Below are positions 21,250 through 30,288 of a stretch of 32,000 bases of DNA, piece after piece. Each line of letters opens with the position of its first letter. The first letter of the stretch is position 1. This stretch comes from Ferroglobus placidus DSM 10642. GTDB lineage: Archaea; Halobacteriota; Archaeoglobi; Archaeoglobales; Archaeoglobaceae. The translations under genes were made by a program, and so were the position numbers. The DNA lies in contig NC_013849.1 in the NCBI RefSeq assembly GCF_000025505.1, forward strand, positions 330,001-362,000, given 5' to 3'. The notes beneath the pieces are model-generated. The model saw nothing but the letters and a program-made list of their open reading frames with translations, ran no database searches and was not told where the DNA came from.

Positions 21250-22005
21250 GGTAATGCCTCAGTAATGTTTATATTCAATTAGTTGGATAAATCGGTGATG
21301 ATGTGTCCGCATTGCAAATCGATAAAAACTGTGAAAATGGGCTGTTATTACACGAAATCTGGTGAGAGGAGGCAGAGATACAAATGCAAGAGCTGCGGGA
21401 GAACTTTCGTTTTGAATCCGATAAAGCCGAGGAATTATCCCGAGGAATTTAAGGAGATGGTAGTTAGAGCTGTTGTGAAGGAGGGTGTAGGGATAAGACA
21501 AGCGAGCAGAATTTTCAAGCTTTCTCCTAACACTGTGACAGCTTGGGTAAGAGAATTTTCTAAAAAAGACCTGAGAAATGAGATTAGATCGGAAAAGCCT
21601 GTTATCGAGTTAGATGAAGCTTGGAGTTTTGTTAAGAAAAAGGAAAACGAAATCTGGATTTGGATTGCTTTAGAGAGAAATTCCCGAAAAATAATAAGTT
21701 ATGCAATAGGAGATCGTTCTGTGGATACTTTCAAGAAATTGTGGGACGGAATTGGCGATGAAATAAAGCGGAAAGCAATTTTCTACACGGATCGCTGGGA
21801 CGCTTATAATTTGATTCCTTACAGGCAGAGAATCGTAAGAAGAGGAGGAACGAACCACGTTGAAAGGTTATTCTTAACTCTGAGAAATGATAATCCGAGA
21901 TTCGCAAGAAAATCAATCAGATTCTCAAAATCCTCGGAAATGCTCGAAATTCAATCAAACTGTGGATTCATTACTATAATTTATCAACATTATAGTGACA
22001 CTACC
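21250..22005 (+). mobile_element. IS1-type insertion sequence, about 756 bp, with imperfect terminal inverted repeats
   Basis: Left end GGTAATGCCTCAGTAATGTTTATA; reverse complement of right end GGTAGTGTCACTATAATGTTGATA (18/24 match). Encloses transposase with N-terminal CPHC..CKSCG zinc finger. No obvious target-site duplication. Confidence 0.75.
21283..21995 (+). pseudogene. IS1 family transposase, probable C-terminal frameshift
   Basis: ELDEAWSFV, GDRSVDTFKKLWDGI, YTDRWDAY, HVERLFLTLRNDNPRFARKSIRFSKSSEM. In the track frame it reads through the IS end to 22209; a frame change near 21950 gives ...IKLWIHYYNLSTL* ending at 21995, inside the element. Confidence 0.7.
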
Positions 22006-22460
22006 GTTGGAGTTTTAACAACTACATTACTTTTCTCCATTTTTTCAAGGACATTTCTTAAATTCTCACGATCAACCTTTGCTGGAATTAGATCTCCAAA
22101 ACCACAAGCGTTTAGAACTTTAGATGTTATCTCTAAAACATCACTCCACGATAAACCTGGATACAATTCACATATACTTTATATATGGCTAGTTCTCTTA
22201 TGTCTGTAATCTCAATTATATTTTCCGTCATTACGGAATTCTATGGGATTTACAAATTTAAATGTTCTTACTCGGAATATGCCAAAAGGGTTAATACTGC
22301 ATCTCAAGCTGTCTGAAGAATTTGCAGAAAAATTGGAGATTAAAATAATAATAAAGAGAAAGAACTTACACTGGATAAGAGAAATGACGGTTAAGGTTAT
22401 GCGGGCGATAATTAAGTTACTCCTAGGGTTACTGATCTAAGTTTAAGGCACAAAGAGATA

Positions 22461-23351
22461 TTAAGGTGACTTTTTATCCTCTTGTTTTCCTCTAATAGCT
22501 TCAAGGATTTCTTTCTCTAACTTCAATATTTCATCTACCATTGTTCTGAGAGAATCTATCTCAGATTTAAGCGTACTAAATTTTGTATCAAGCTCTCCGG
22601 CGATCTTGTTTACTCTCTCAGATAATATTTTAATTTCACTCCATATGGTGGTTACTAAGTCTCTTGTTGCAACGTTGATTATACCTCTAATGAACAGTTC
22701 TGTTATTAACTCAGTTTTATTTATCGGAAAATCATAGATTCTTATGAAGCCTACAGGAAGCGCTACTCCATGCTTATAACACACAATAAAAGCGTGCATG
22801 TATTGGGTATTATCGGCTATGGCTAGTGGAGTATATGTCACTCCCGAAACTCCTGGAGGTAAGTTCCTTTGATGAGGACGCGTGCCTATCCATGTTGGAA
22901 GTCCGAACATTATACCATATACTGTTAACATGACAGGTTTATTTGTATTAATAAAGTTTGAATTTATGCCAAGCACGTTTTGCATAGCATTTGGAGTATT
23001 AATTTTTCCTCCATCTATTTTTCCGACATAATATAATGGAACATCTCCAATCCAGACAATACTATGACCTACATTGAGAAATAATCTTAGCAGACTATTT
23101 GCTGTTGGATTGTTTGGGTTATCTAAGATTAAATCAGGAACAACATCTTGGGCAAACACTACTACATATTCTTTATCTGTAGTCCTAGAGCCTTCACTTA
23201 GTATGTTTTTTAAACTGGTAGTATCAATAGCTTCAAAATCGTACTTTTCAAGTTCTCTAGCTATAATCTTGGCTATATTATGAGGTATCCAGCTATAGGG
23301 ATATCTTTCGTCATAGTATACATACAGCTTTTTAGATGACCCTACCACCAT
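22461..23351 (-). CDS. Uncharacterised 296-aa protein, partner of OLD-like ATPase; C-terminal coiled coil
   Basis: ORF overlapping the 3' end of the OLD-like gene by 20 nt, same strand. C-terminus [51 protein letters not shown] is coiled-coil-like. Confidence 0.85.
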   Translation of the reverse strand: MVVGSSKKLYVYYDERYPYSWIPHNIAKIIARELEKYDFEAIDTTSLKNILSEGSRTTDKEYVVVFAQDVVPDLILDNPNNPTANSLLRLFLNVGHSIVWIGDVPLYYVGKIDGGKINTPNAMQNVLGINSNFINTNKPVMLTVYGIMFGLPTWIGTRPHQRNLPPGVSGVTYTPLAIADNTQYMHAFIVCYKHGVALPVGFIRIYDFPINKTELITELFIRGIINVATRDLVTTIWSEIKILSERVNKIAGELDTKFSTLKSEIDSLRTMVDEILKLEKEILEAIRGKQEDKKSP

Positions 23352-25245
23352 AAGCTACACCTACTTCACGGTCTATACTTAAAATGATCCTCATAATATC
23401 ATCTGGAACTTCTGTGAGTTTTGGTGCAACCTTTTCTGCAATCTTTTGCTTCAAATCTCGTTCAATCAGGCTACCTTTGTGCCATTCAAGTATATCAAGA
23501 AGGTTTTCGTCTACATCTTTTAAAACGTTGAACAGTATTCCGCTAAGTCTATGTAATAGATCTTCTCCATTTTTGCAGGCACCATGCAGTTTCATCTCAT
23601 CTATGACAGATCTAATTTCTTTATCTTGCATGACGACATCATACTTATCCTCAAGATTCCCTCTTAGTGACTCATCAAGTGCTTTAACAAAATCCTCAGA
23701 TTTTATGTAACATAATATATCTTTTCTATTCGTTGTGAATACTTCGTAATTTTCACGTAACTCCATTTCTTTAGCGTCATTTACTGCTTTACGTCCTTGC
23801 TGGTCATTGTCAGCTATTACAAACACTCTCAACCCATAGTCATCTCTAAAGACTTTTATTAGTTCTTTTAGATTTCTTCGACCGAATGGTACTATAGTAT
23901 AACTAAGTTTAGGTAAGTTTTCAAGTAGTTGTTTTTCTATTAGTATGTCAATATAGCGTTGCAACAGTATTCGATCGCTATTCCCTTCAACAAGTATCAC
24001 AGCATCTGAGAAAAGGAAGTAACCGGGCACGACGCCCAATTCTCTGGCAAGTGATTCACTAAGCCTACCACCACGAAATGGATAAAAGACAATCGTGGCT
24101 GGGAGTATCGTTAAGTAACCTTCAAGTTCAGTTTCAATCAACTCCTTTCGAACTCCTATAACGAATCTCTTATCCTTAAGACCAGCGATAAAATCTGGAG
24201 AATGTGTAACTATAATTAGCTGAACATCTAGGCTGTTAGCTAAGATCTCCAAGACCTTAGCTAAACTTCTAACGTATGCTGGATGTAAGTGTACTTCAGG
24301 TTCTTCTATCAAAAACACATGGTGTTTACCTTTAGATATAATCGACGCTAGTATTCCTTCAGTAATTTGATCTCCACTTCCGAAGAGCTCATAACTTAAG
24401 GATGTGCCCTCATACGATTTCGTTAAGGTTTCAGCTCTATCAGGCTGTTCATATTCGTATATGTTACCCCTTATTTGTCTAAGATAATCGTACAGCATTT
24501 TACGAAGGGCAAAAGTTCTTATCACATTTCTAATAGCATTCATAAGTTCGAGAGGCGTAATAGATTGAGTAAAAAGCCCCTTAATCGGGATATCCGCCAT
24601 TTTAGAGACACCAGAAAATGTGTCTATATAGTATACTTTATCTTTTATAATGTCTAAGAATGATTTTAAAACTTCCTCATTCTTCACAGTTCCATTCTCT
24701 ACGATTACACATTGCGTCAAGGGATTAAATCTTTCAGCTTTCAAATCAACATTACGTTTCGTTACTTTACTATGAATTTCTTTCATACCCTCCAAAGCCT
24801 CTTTTGCGATTTTGACAGTCTCTGTTACATGACCATAAACAACTATATTTTGAAGCTTCCACGTAATTTGATTGTCGTTCTTCTCAATAGACACTTCTAT
24901 GTATGCTTTTTCAACACCACTCTCCAAGCCACATATATCCTTCAAGGTGTCTCCTTCTTCTTTATCAAAATTTAATGATACAGCAAGCTTTATTGGTTTA
25001 TTTTGATGAGTGTAAAACCAAAGTCCTCTAATCTGATCTCTTAATCCCTGCTCGGTTATAGTGTTGACATCAAGATTCTTCTCAGTGGAGATGGTATCAA
25101 GATTCTCAAATATTACTCGTATAGCGTTGAGTATTGAAGTCTTTCCAGAACTATTCCTACCTATAAGTACTGTAATTCTTCCAAATTCTACGGACAGATC
25201 ATATATGCTTCTAAAGTTTTTTACTTCAAGTCTTTCTATCTTCAT
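23332..25245 (-). CDS. OLD-family-like endonuclease: AAA/ABC-type ATPase plus TOPRIM domain, 637 aa
   Basis: Walker [17 protein letters not shown], Walker [29 protein letters not shown] switch; C-terminal TOPRIM-like [18 protein letters not shown] and [12 protein letters not shown]. Confidence 0.88.
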   Translation of the reverse strand: MKIERLEVKNFRSIYDLSVEFGRITVLIGRNSSGKTSILNAIRVIFENLDTISTEKNLDVNTITEQGLRDQIRGLWFYTHQNKPIKLAVSLNFDKEEGDTLKDICGLESGVEKAYIEVSIEKNDNQITWKLQNIVVYGHVTETVKIAKEALEGMKEIHSKVTKRNVDLKAERFNPLTQCVIVENGTVKNEEVLKSFLDIIKDKVYYIDTFSGVSKMADIPIKGLFTQSITPLELMNAIRNVIRTFALRKMLYDYLRQIRGNIYEYEQPDRAETLTKSYEGTSLSYELFGSGDQITEGILASIISKGKHHVFLIEEPEVHLHPAYVRSLAKVLEILANSLDVQLIIVTHSPDFIAGLKDKRFVIGVRKELIETELEGYLTILPATIVFYPFRGGRLSESLARELGVVPGYFLFSDAVILVEGNSDRILLQRYIDILIEKQLLENLPKLSYTIVPFGRRNLKELIKVFRDDYGLRVFVIADNDQQGRKAVNDAKEMELRENYEVFTTNRKDILCYIKSEDFVKALDESLRGNLEDKYDVVMQDKEIRSVIDEMKLHGACKNGEDLLHRLSGILFNVLKDVDENLLDILEWHKGSLIERDLKQKIAEKVAPKLTEVPDDIMRIILSIDREVGVAYGGRVI

Positions 25246-25293
25246 CTGCCATAATCCTCTCCAATTGTATGTTTTTTAAGATTATTTTTCTTT

Positions 25294-26147
25294 GGGGCGT
25301 GTCCAGAAATAACCTCTCGAGATAAGACTGCAAAAATATTACTATCGAATTAAACTCCTTCATGCTCAAAAGATGGAATTCAGCCGTCTACGATGTAGAA
25401 CTCATACTCAAATTCCTTCACGTGATTTTAACATCGCTGAAGATTGATGAAAGATTCAAGAAACGAAAGGGGCGAAAGCCTAAAAGATGTCTAAGCCTGT
25501 ACGTCAAAGCTATCGTTCTGAAAGAGATATTTAAGTGCAGCTTTCGCTATTCGGAATCTTTAACGAAGAAATTCCTTAAAGCAAGAATCCACTTTGAACT
25601 ACTGGGAAATAAAGCATTCGGATCTGATAAAAGAAGTTCTCAAAGCCATAAACGAGTTTTTGAGCCAGATAGAATACTTCTACACCTTTCTCGATTCTAC
25701 GAAGTTTTCAAACTGGCATAAAGACCCTAACAAGCTCTTCGTCTGCGTTAGAGTTGGAGAAGCTTTGATTCCGGTTTACGTTGACTTAACGAGCTCTGAA
25801 GAAGAATTCGTTGGAGAAATTCCTGAGGGGAGAGGATTTGCCTTGGCCGATGGCGCTTTCGACGCTAAAAAAAGTTCTGAACGAGTTATCTGCCGATCGT
25901 TAAGCCGACGAAGAGAAAGCCTGACGGCTTGGGATCGAAGATAAGGGGCCTCTTTTTCGATAGATCGATCTACAGGTATAGAGCTGTTGGAGAAGGTTAC
26001 TTCGGAGCTCTAAGCGTTGAATTAGGCGAGAGATTAAAATCGAGAGGAAAAAGCGATAAAACGAGGATTTTCTAGAAATGTAGTCTATTGTATAAAAATG
26101 GCTTTAAGGTGGAAGCATGGAGCTTCTTGAATTTTTGGACATCCCCC
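25294..26147. mobile_element. Degraded insertion sequence about 854 bp with imperfect TIRs
   Basis: Left end GGGGCGTGTCCAGAAAT; reverse complement of right end GGGGGATGTCCAAAAAT (14/17). Encloses broken DDE transposase. Confidence 0.7.
25362..26125 (+). pseudogene. Frameshifted IS5/ISH-type DDE transposase
   Basis: Pieces in different frames: MLKRWNSAVYDVELILKFLHVILTSLKIDERFKKRKGRKPKRCLSLYVK..; NYWEIKHSDLIKEVL...FYTFLDSTKFSNWHKDPNK...YVDLTSSEEEF..LADGAFDAKK; YRYRAVGEGYFGALSVELGERLKSRGKSDKTRIF; RNVVYCIKMALRWKHGAS*. Confidence 0.75.
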
Positions 26148-26163
26148 TCAGGAGTTCGATAAA

Positions 26164-26691
26164 ATGATTGCCGTAGTTGCTGCGATAATCGGCGGACTCT
26201 TAACAGGTTTGAAAACACCGCTACTTTCGCCAGTAATCTACCTATCGAAGTTCAAGAGAGACATCTTTCTCATCCTATTCTTCGTTTACTGTTTAGCACT
26301 GGGTTACGAGCTCGAAATAACAAACGTATACGATGATAATTTAATCACGATTTTTGCCGTCATATTACCATCGATACTTCTTCTCGACGCCGGATTGAAA
26401 GGCGAAAGCAGAAGTTTATTCGGCTATATTCTTTTTGTTGCCATCTCAATCGGCTGGTTTGTTAGAGAAGTGTTTGTTATTGCAGTGCTACTCGCTCTTC
26501 TTTATCACTTCTCAAAAGACAACCCGAAAAGAGGAGTTTTTGCAGTATTAGTCAGCATTTCTTTGCTTATTGCTGGACTTGTTTTTGGTAAGAGTACGCT
26601 TAATTTGCTCGGAGGTTCTTCAACGCAGGTAGTTTTTATCTCAGCTATCAGCATACTAATTGTGCTTTTGTTTTGGAGAAAAATGGCTTAA
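26164..26691 (+). CDS. Hypothetical membrane protein, 175 aa
   Basis: Continuous ORF with about 5-6 hydrophobic segments; no family recognised. Confidence 0.65.
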   Translation: MIAVVAAIIGGLLTGLKTPLLSPVIYLSKFKRDIFLILFFVYCLALGYELEITNVYDDNLITIFAVILPSILLLDAGLKGESRSLFGYILFVAISIGWFVREVFVIAVLLALLYHFSKDNPKRGVFAVLVSISLLIAGLVFGKSTLNLLGGSSTQVVFISAISILIVLLFWRKMA

Positions 26692-26713
26692 TCGTCTGAA
26701 TATATTAAAGAAC

Positions 26714-27658
26714 TTATATCTTCTCCAGTCGTTGTTTGAAGTATTCTATTACATATTTTTCTATGTTTTTATAAAATTTTTCCTCTCCACCAGCCAGCTT
26801 TATTAGGTCTTCGTAGATGCCCATTTCTTTCAGCTTCTCTAAAACGCTTTCCGACAGGGACTGGGGGCCCAGAAGTCTTAGGGTGTGCGCGGACCTGCCA
26901 GCTCGAACAAACAGTTCGGCGACGGGTCTCGGAATAAGCAACACGTTTCGATTGAGTTCGACGAAAGCGAGTGGCGTAAGATCGTCAAGAAACAATTCCA
27001 AGTACATTCTGCGCAAAATATTCGGGTCTACTTGATTAGCATATTCTCTAGCTATTTTGTCAAAGTCGCCTGAATTTACAACCTCCTCGATACTCGGTCT
27101 GCTAACATCTACTTGTTTTCTTTCCTTTAAGTATTCTTCAAAGAGAAATGAAAGTTCAGCTAACTCGTGAAGTATGGTAGCTACGATGTAGAGTGAGTCT
27201 TCAACGCACAACCGTCCTTTTTCGTTTCTGTACATACCTATCGCTGCTGGCATAGGATAGTTATCTTTTCTAAGGATGTACTCGGTTTTGAAGATTTCTC
27301 TAAACCAATTTGAATTGTATATTATGTCGATCGCCCTTCTCATGTCATCTCCTATCTTAGCTCTTCTTCTCTCTCTTTTTAGAGTGTTTTCTAAGTACTC
27401 TATGTACGGTTTTGACGTTGAAACGAATCTTTTGTTTCTAATAATTTGCTTGTCTAAATCTTCTAGATACCCCGCTGCAACCATATCTTTCCTACACTTA
27501 ATGACTGGCTTCTGGTTGACCTTACTAGGGTCGTTTACGTTGTAAATGATTTTCAGAACTTCGCTTTGTGTCCTTGGAAACATCCAAATCAGGTAACACG
27601 CCCCACAAATTGTGTCTTTTTGTAAGCGTTCAAGCAAGTCCGTGTTCGCAGTTCTCAT
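26714..27658 (-). CDS. Hypothetical protein, 314 aa
   Basis: Long ORF, N-terminal segment CGACYLIWMFPRTQSEVLKIIYNVNDPSKVNQKPVIKCRKDMVAAGYLE looks HTH-like; divergent to 27826-29149 chain. Confidence 0.75.
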   Translation of the reverse strand: MRTANTDLLERLQKDTICGACYLIWMFPRTQSEVLKIIYNVNDPSKVNQKPVIKCRKDMVAAGYLEDLDKQIIRNKRFVSTSKPYIEYLENTLKRERRRAKIGDDMRRAIDIIYNSNWFREIFKTEYILRKDNYPMPAAIGMYRNEKGRLCVEDSLYIVATILHELAELSFLFEEYLKERKQVDVSRPSIEEVVNSGDFDKIAREYANQVDPNILRRMYLELFLDDLTPLAFVELNRNVLLIPRPVAELFVRAGRSAHTLRLLGPQSLSESVLEKLKEMGIYEDLIKLAGGEEKFYKNIEKYVIEYFKQRLEKI

Positions 27659-27676
27659 CTCTTTGTCTCTTCAGTA

Positions 27677-27744
27677 TAACTACACTTTTTAGGTTTGTTA
27701 TGCAGCTAACTACACGTTTTTTAAAATTAGATAGTTTACTACAT
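27677..27744. promoter_or_regulatory. Three tandem TAACTACAC-type sites in divergent promoter region
   Basis: TAACTACAC 27677-27685, TAACTACAC 27707-27715, TTACTACAT 27736-27744. Confidence 0.5.
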
Positions 27745-27825
27745 AATTTTAGTAAATTTGTATAATTAAACGAAATAAATTTTATGTTTCCTTTTGAAAA
27801 CTTTCGAGCAACAGAGGTGATCAAA

Positions 27826-27975
27826 ATGGTGAGAAAAGAAACAATAGAGTTCTTTGAAAAGTACAGGGATCTCATAAGATTAGTAGAGCAACACGGAAGT
27901 CCGGAGATAAGGAAAATAGCAGCAGCAATCCGGCTTGCTGTTGAAGACGCAAAAAGGAGAGGTGTTTTTAAATGA
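27826..27975 (+). CDS. Micro-ORF, 49 aa
   Basis: MVRKETIEFFEKYRDLIRLVEQHGSPEIRKIAAAIRLAVEDAKRRGVFK; preceded by GAGGTGAT Shine-Dalgarno; 4-nt overlap with next ORF. Track gives longer start at 27784. Confidence 0.6.
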   Translation: MVRKETIEFFEKYRDLIRLVEQHGSPEIRKIAAAIRLAVEDAKRRGVFK

Positions 27976-28196
27976 TGAAAATACTATGTAGAAAAATTTA
28001 TGCTAATATGACGCTGAAAGTGCTGAAATTTCCCTTGACTCTACTAAGTCCTAAACTCTCCCCAAAGGGACATGGACCGGAATATTCGCCACAACCGTGG
28101 ACGGTTGTGGTGAAAATCAGGTACTTTTTGCCAATGTCTGTAATGTGGAAAATTGCAGCACTTAGAATCAACGGTGTGGAGGTTTCGGAACCGTGA
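27972..28196 (+). CDS. Hypothetical small protein, 74 aa
   Basis: 4-nt overlaps with both the preceding micro-ORF and the following transposase-like ORF. Confidence 0.5.
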   Translation: MMKILCRKIYANMTLKVLKFPLTLLSPKLSPKGHGPEYSPQPWTVVVKIRYFLPMSVMWKIAALRINGVEVSEP

Positions 28197-29149
28197 TGGG
28201 GGTAAAGAGAATTTCAATTCCTAAAGAAAATAGGGAAAAACTTTTAGTTTTCAACAGGCTCCTCAGAAATCAAACCTTAAACAAATGGAATCCATCCTGT
28301 CCTCATTGCAACAGCTATCATATTATAAAAAAGACAGACATAAAAAGAGAAAGAAAAGGATATGCGAAAAAATATTTATGTAGGGATTGTAATAGTACAT
28401 TTACTTTTGACAATTGCTTTGAATGGACGCATTATCCTCCTAGAGTTGTCGGGGACATATTTCACCTGATAGCAAAAGGTGAATCCTACAGAGACATTAT
28501 TGAGTTCATCAAGGACCGACATGGGGTCGAAATGGACCGAAAAACTGTGATTAACATATCTAGATATTGCACAGAAAGGTTGGAAATGTTTCGGAAGAAA
28601 ATTGATCTAAAACTATTACATCCGACAGTCTGGGAGATAGACGAGATATATTTGCCCAGAGGAAAGGGTAAATTTTTCAAAGCGTTAACGGTCCTCGACA
28701 TTGATACAGGATACATCCTCATAATTTATGTGAGCAATGAAATAGACTACGAATCTGCCAAGAAAACAATAGAGCTGGCGTTGAATAACAGCATACGCCC
28801 ACCGAGAAAGTTTAAATGTGAGAAAAATGCTGCAATAATAAAAGCAGCTAGCACACTCCTACCAAAAAAGACCAAAATAGATGCAAAATCTAAGAAGGAA
28901 AAATTCGACCACTTAAACAATATCGAAGGTCAAAACAGGAAATTAAGAAAGACTTTAAAAAGAGGAGTCGCATATAGAAACAAATCGACGCTCCAAATCA
29001 GAGCCGACATATACAGATACGACCATAACTTTTTCTGGAGGAAACAGGGTCCCCCTCCGGTGTACTATGCTGGCATTAATGTGCCGAAAAATCTGACTAG
29101 GGAAAGGTTCCTTATAGCGGTCGATAAATTTAATAAATTGAATTTATAA
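28193..29149 (+). CDS. DDE-transposase-like protein with N-terminal zinc finger, 318 aa
   Basis: CPHCNSYHIIKK...YLCRDCNSTFTF; VWEIDEIYLPRGKGKFFKALTVLDIDTGYIL; NNIEGQNRKLRKTLKRG. Intact ORF. Confidence 0.75.
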   Translation: MMGVKRISIPKENREKLLVFNRLLRNQTLNKWNPSCPHCNSYHIIKKTDIKRERKGYAKKYLCRDCNSTFTFDNCFEWTHYPPRVVGDIFHLIAKGESYRDIIEFIKDRHGVEMDRKTVINISRYCTERLEMFRKKIDLKLLHPTVWEIDEIYLPRGKGKFFKALTVLDIDTGYILIIYVSNEIDYESAKKTIELALNNSIRPPRKFKCEKNAAIIKAASTLLPKKTKIDAKSKKEKFDHLNNIEGQNRKLRKTLKRGVAYRNKSTLQIRADIYRYDHNFFWRKQGPPPVYYAGINVPKNLTRERFLIAVDKFNKLNL

Positions 29150-29177
29150 AATTATTATTCTATAATTCTGTATAGAG

Positions 29178-30251
29178 TTATCTTTTGGAGGCTCTGAGTA
29201 TAAGTTCCAGCCAGCTGCAATCTTCTGACAAAGCAGCAGACTGCGCCGGAGTTCGATCGTTTAGCGAACTGTGCTTCTTTATGAAATTGTAGTAAATCCT
29301 GTAGCCCTCGACGAACGTTTCTGCTCCTTTCCGAGTTTTAAATCCGTCCATAACCTTCACTCTACGTTTTAGCTCTTTGAAGAATCTCTCAGCTCTGTTA
29401 TTCAGCCCCTCTCTAAGAGAGGACTGGATGTGAATTACACCCGAAAACTTCTGTGATATCGCTTTTTCGTAAGACTTGAGACCGTCGCTGACTATTTCTT
29501 CAGGTTTTTTCGAAACCTCCAAACCTTTTTTTAAAAGCTTTAGAGCCTCTTCGGCTCCTCTTGACTTGCTGATGTGAATAGCCAAGATGAACCTAGTTTC
29601 GCTGTCGAGCAGTGTCCAAATTCGGATGTGATCACCCTTCACCTTAATAACGGAGTCGTCGACATGCCACCTGGCGGAAGAATCTAAATTCACCGACTTG
29701 ACGAACTCGTTGACGAGCTTTACGTACCTCTTTATCCAGTTGTGAACGGTTTTGTGGCAAACTTCGACGTTATAGCTCGCTTTGAGGTGCTGAGCAACCT
29801 GCCTCAGACTCAAACCCCTGAAGTACAGGTCGAGCGCAGCCACTATGGCTTCGGCTCTCTTCTTCATTCCGCCGAACCCCGTTCTCGCGGAGAACTTCTT
29901 TCCACATCTCTTGCAGTAGTACATCTGCACGGGTCCGGATTTGTTGTACCTGATTCCCTTTTTTATGACCTCGTCGTCTCGTCCGCAGTTCTTACAAGTT
30001 CTTTCCTCTTTCAAAGTCGTCGCGGCGTTTTTTACATCCCTAACCGCCAAGTAGTACATCGAAGCGTATATGTGCTTACACTTGACCCCTTTCTTAAAAT
30101 CGGGACATTCGCAAGTCCATCTGTCCCTATTCCACACGACCCTGTACTCTTTATCTCCCTTTTCGGATTTCACAACGAACTCTCCTTCCTTTACCTGAAG
30201 AACTTTACCCTCAGCGAGGAGTTTAAGCCCCTTATCTCTCCTTTTCGACAT
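29178..30251 (-). CDS. Transposase with N-terminal SWIM zinc finger, second zinc finger, and DDE core (IS6-like/ISH-type archaeal)
   Basis: SWIM: RDRWTCECPDFKKGVKCKHIYA; CKNCGRDDEVIKKG..YYCKRCGKKFS; RWHVDDSVIKVKG..IWTLLD, IVSDGLKSY, LNNRAERFFKELKRRVKVMDGF. Confidence 0.85.
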   Translation of the reverse strand: MSKRRDKGLKLLAEGKVLQVKEGEFVVKSEKGDKEYRVVWNRDRWTCECPDFKKGVKCKHIYASMYYLAVRDVKNAATTLKEERTCKNCGRDDEVIKKGIRYNKSGPVQMYYCKRCGKKFSARTGFGGMKKRAEAIVAALDLYFRGLSLRQVAQHLKASYNVEVCHKTVHNWIKRYVKLVNEFVKSVNLDSSARWHVDDSVIKVKGDHIRIWTLLDSETRFILAIHISKSRGAEEALKLLKKGLEVSKKPEEIVSDGLKSYEKAISQKFSGVIHIQSSLREGLNNRAERFFKELKRRVKVMDGFKTRKGAETFVEGYRIYYNFIKKHSSLNDRTPAQSAALSEDCSWLELILRASKR

Positions 30252-30261
30252 CTTCGATCAC

Positions 30262-30288
30262 CTCGGAAGAACAAACGCGACTTCCGAG
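30262..30288. repeat. 8-bp perfect inverted repeat, 11-nt loop
   Basis: CTCGGAAG aacaaacgcga CTTCCGAG between the transposase start and the downstream end of the nuclease-like ORF. Confidence 0.6.

Noticed and set aside
22243-22440. 65-aa + strand ORF 22243-22440
   Set aside because: Could be real but no SD, no recognisable family, and AT-rich context between IS and defence module; insufficient support to call.
25594-25944. 116-aa ORF as an independent gene
   Set aside because: It is a mid-piece of the frameshifted transposase, continuing 25362-25721 in another frame.
27677-27744. Short spaced repeats considered as a mini CRISPR array
   Set aside because: Repeat unit is only 9 bp, too short and only three copies; better explained as operator-like sites. 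No CRISPR repeats or cas operon seen in the window despite the Cas4-like ORF.
28486-28722. 78-aa - strand ORF 28486-28722
   Set aside because: Antisense within the DDE-transposase-like gene.
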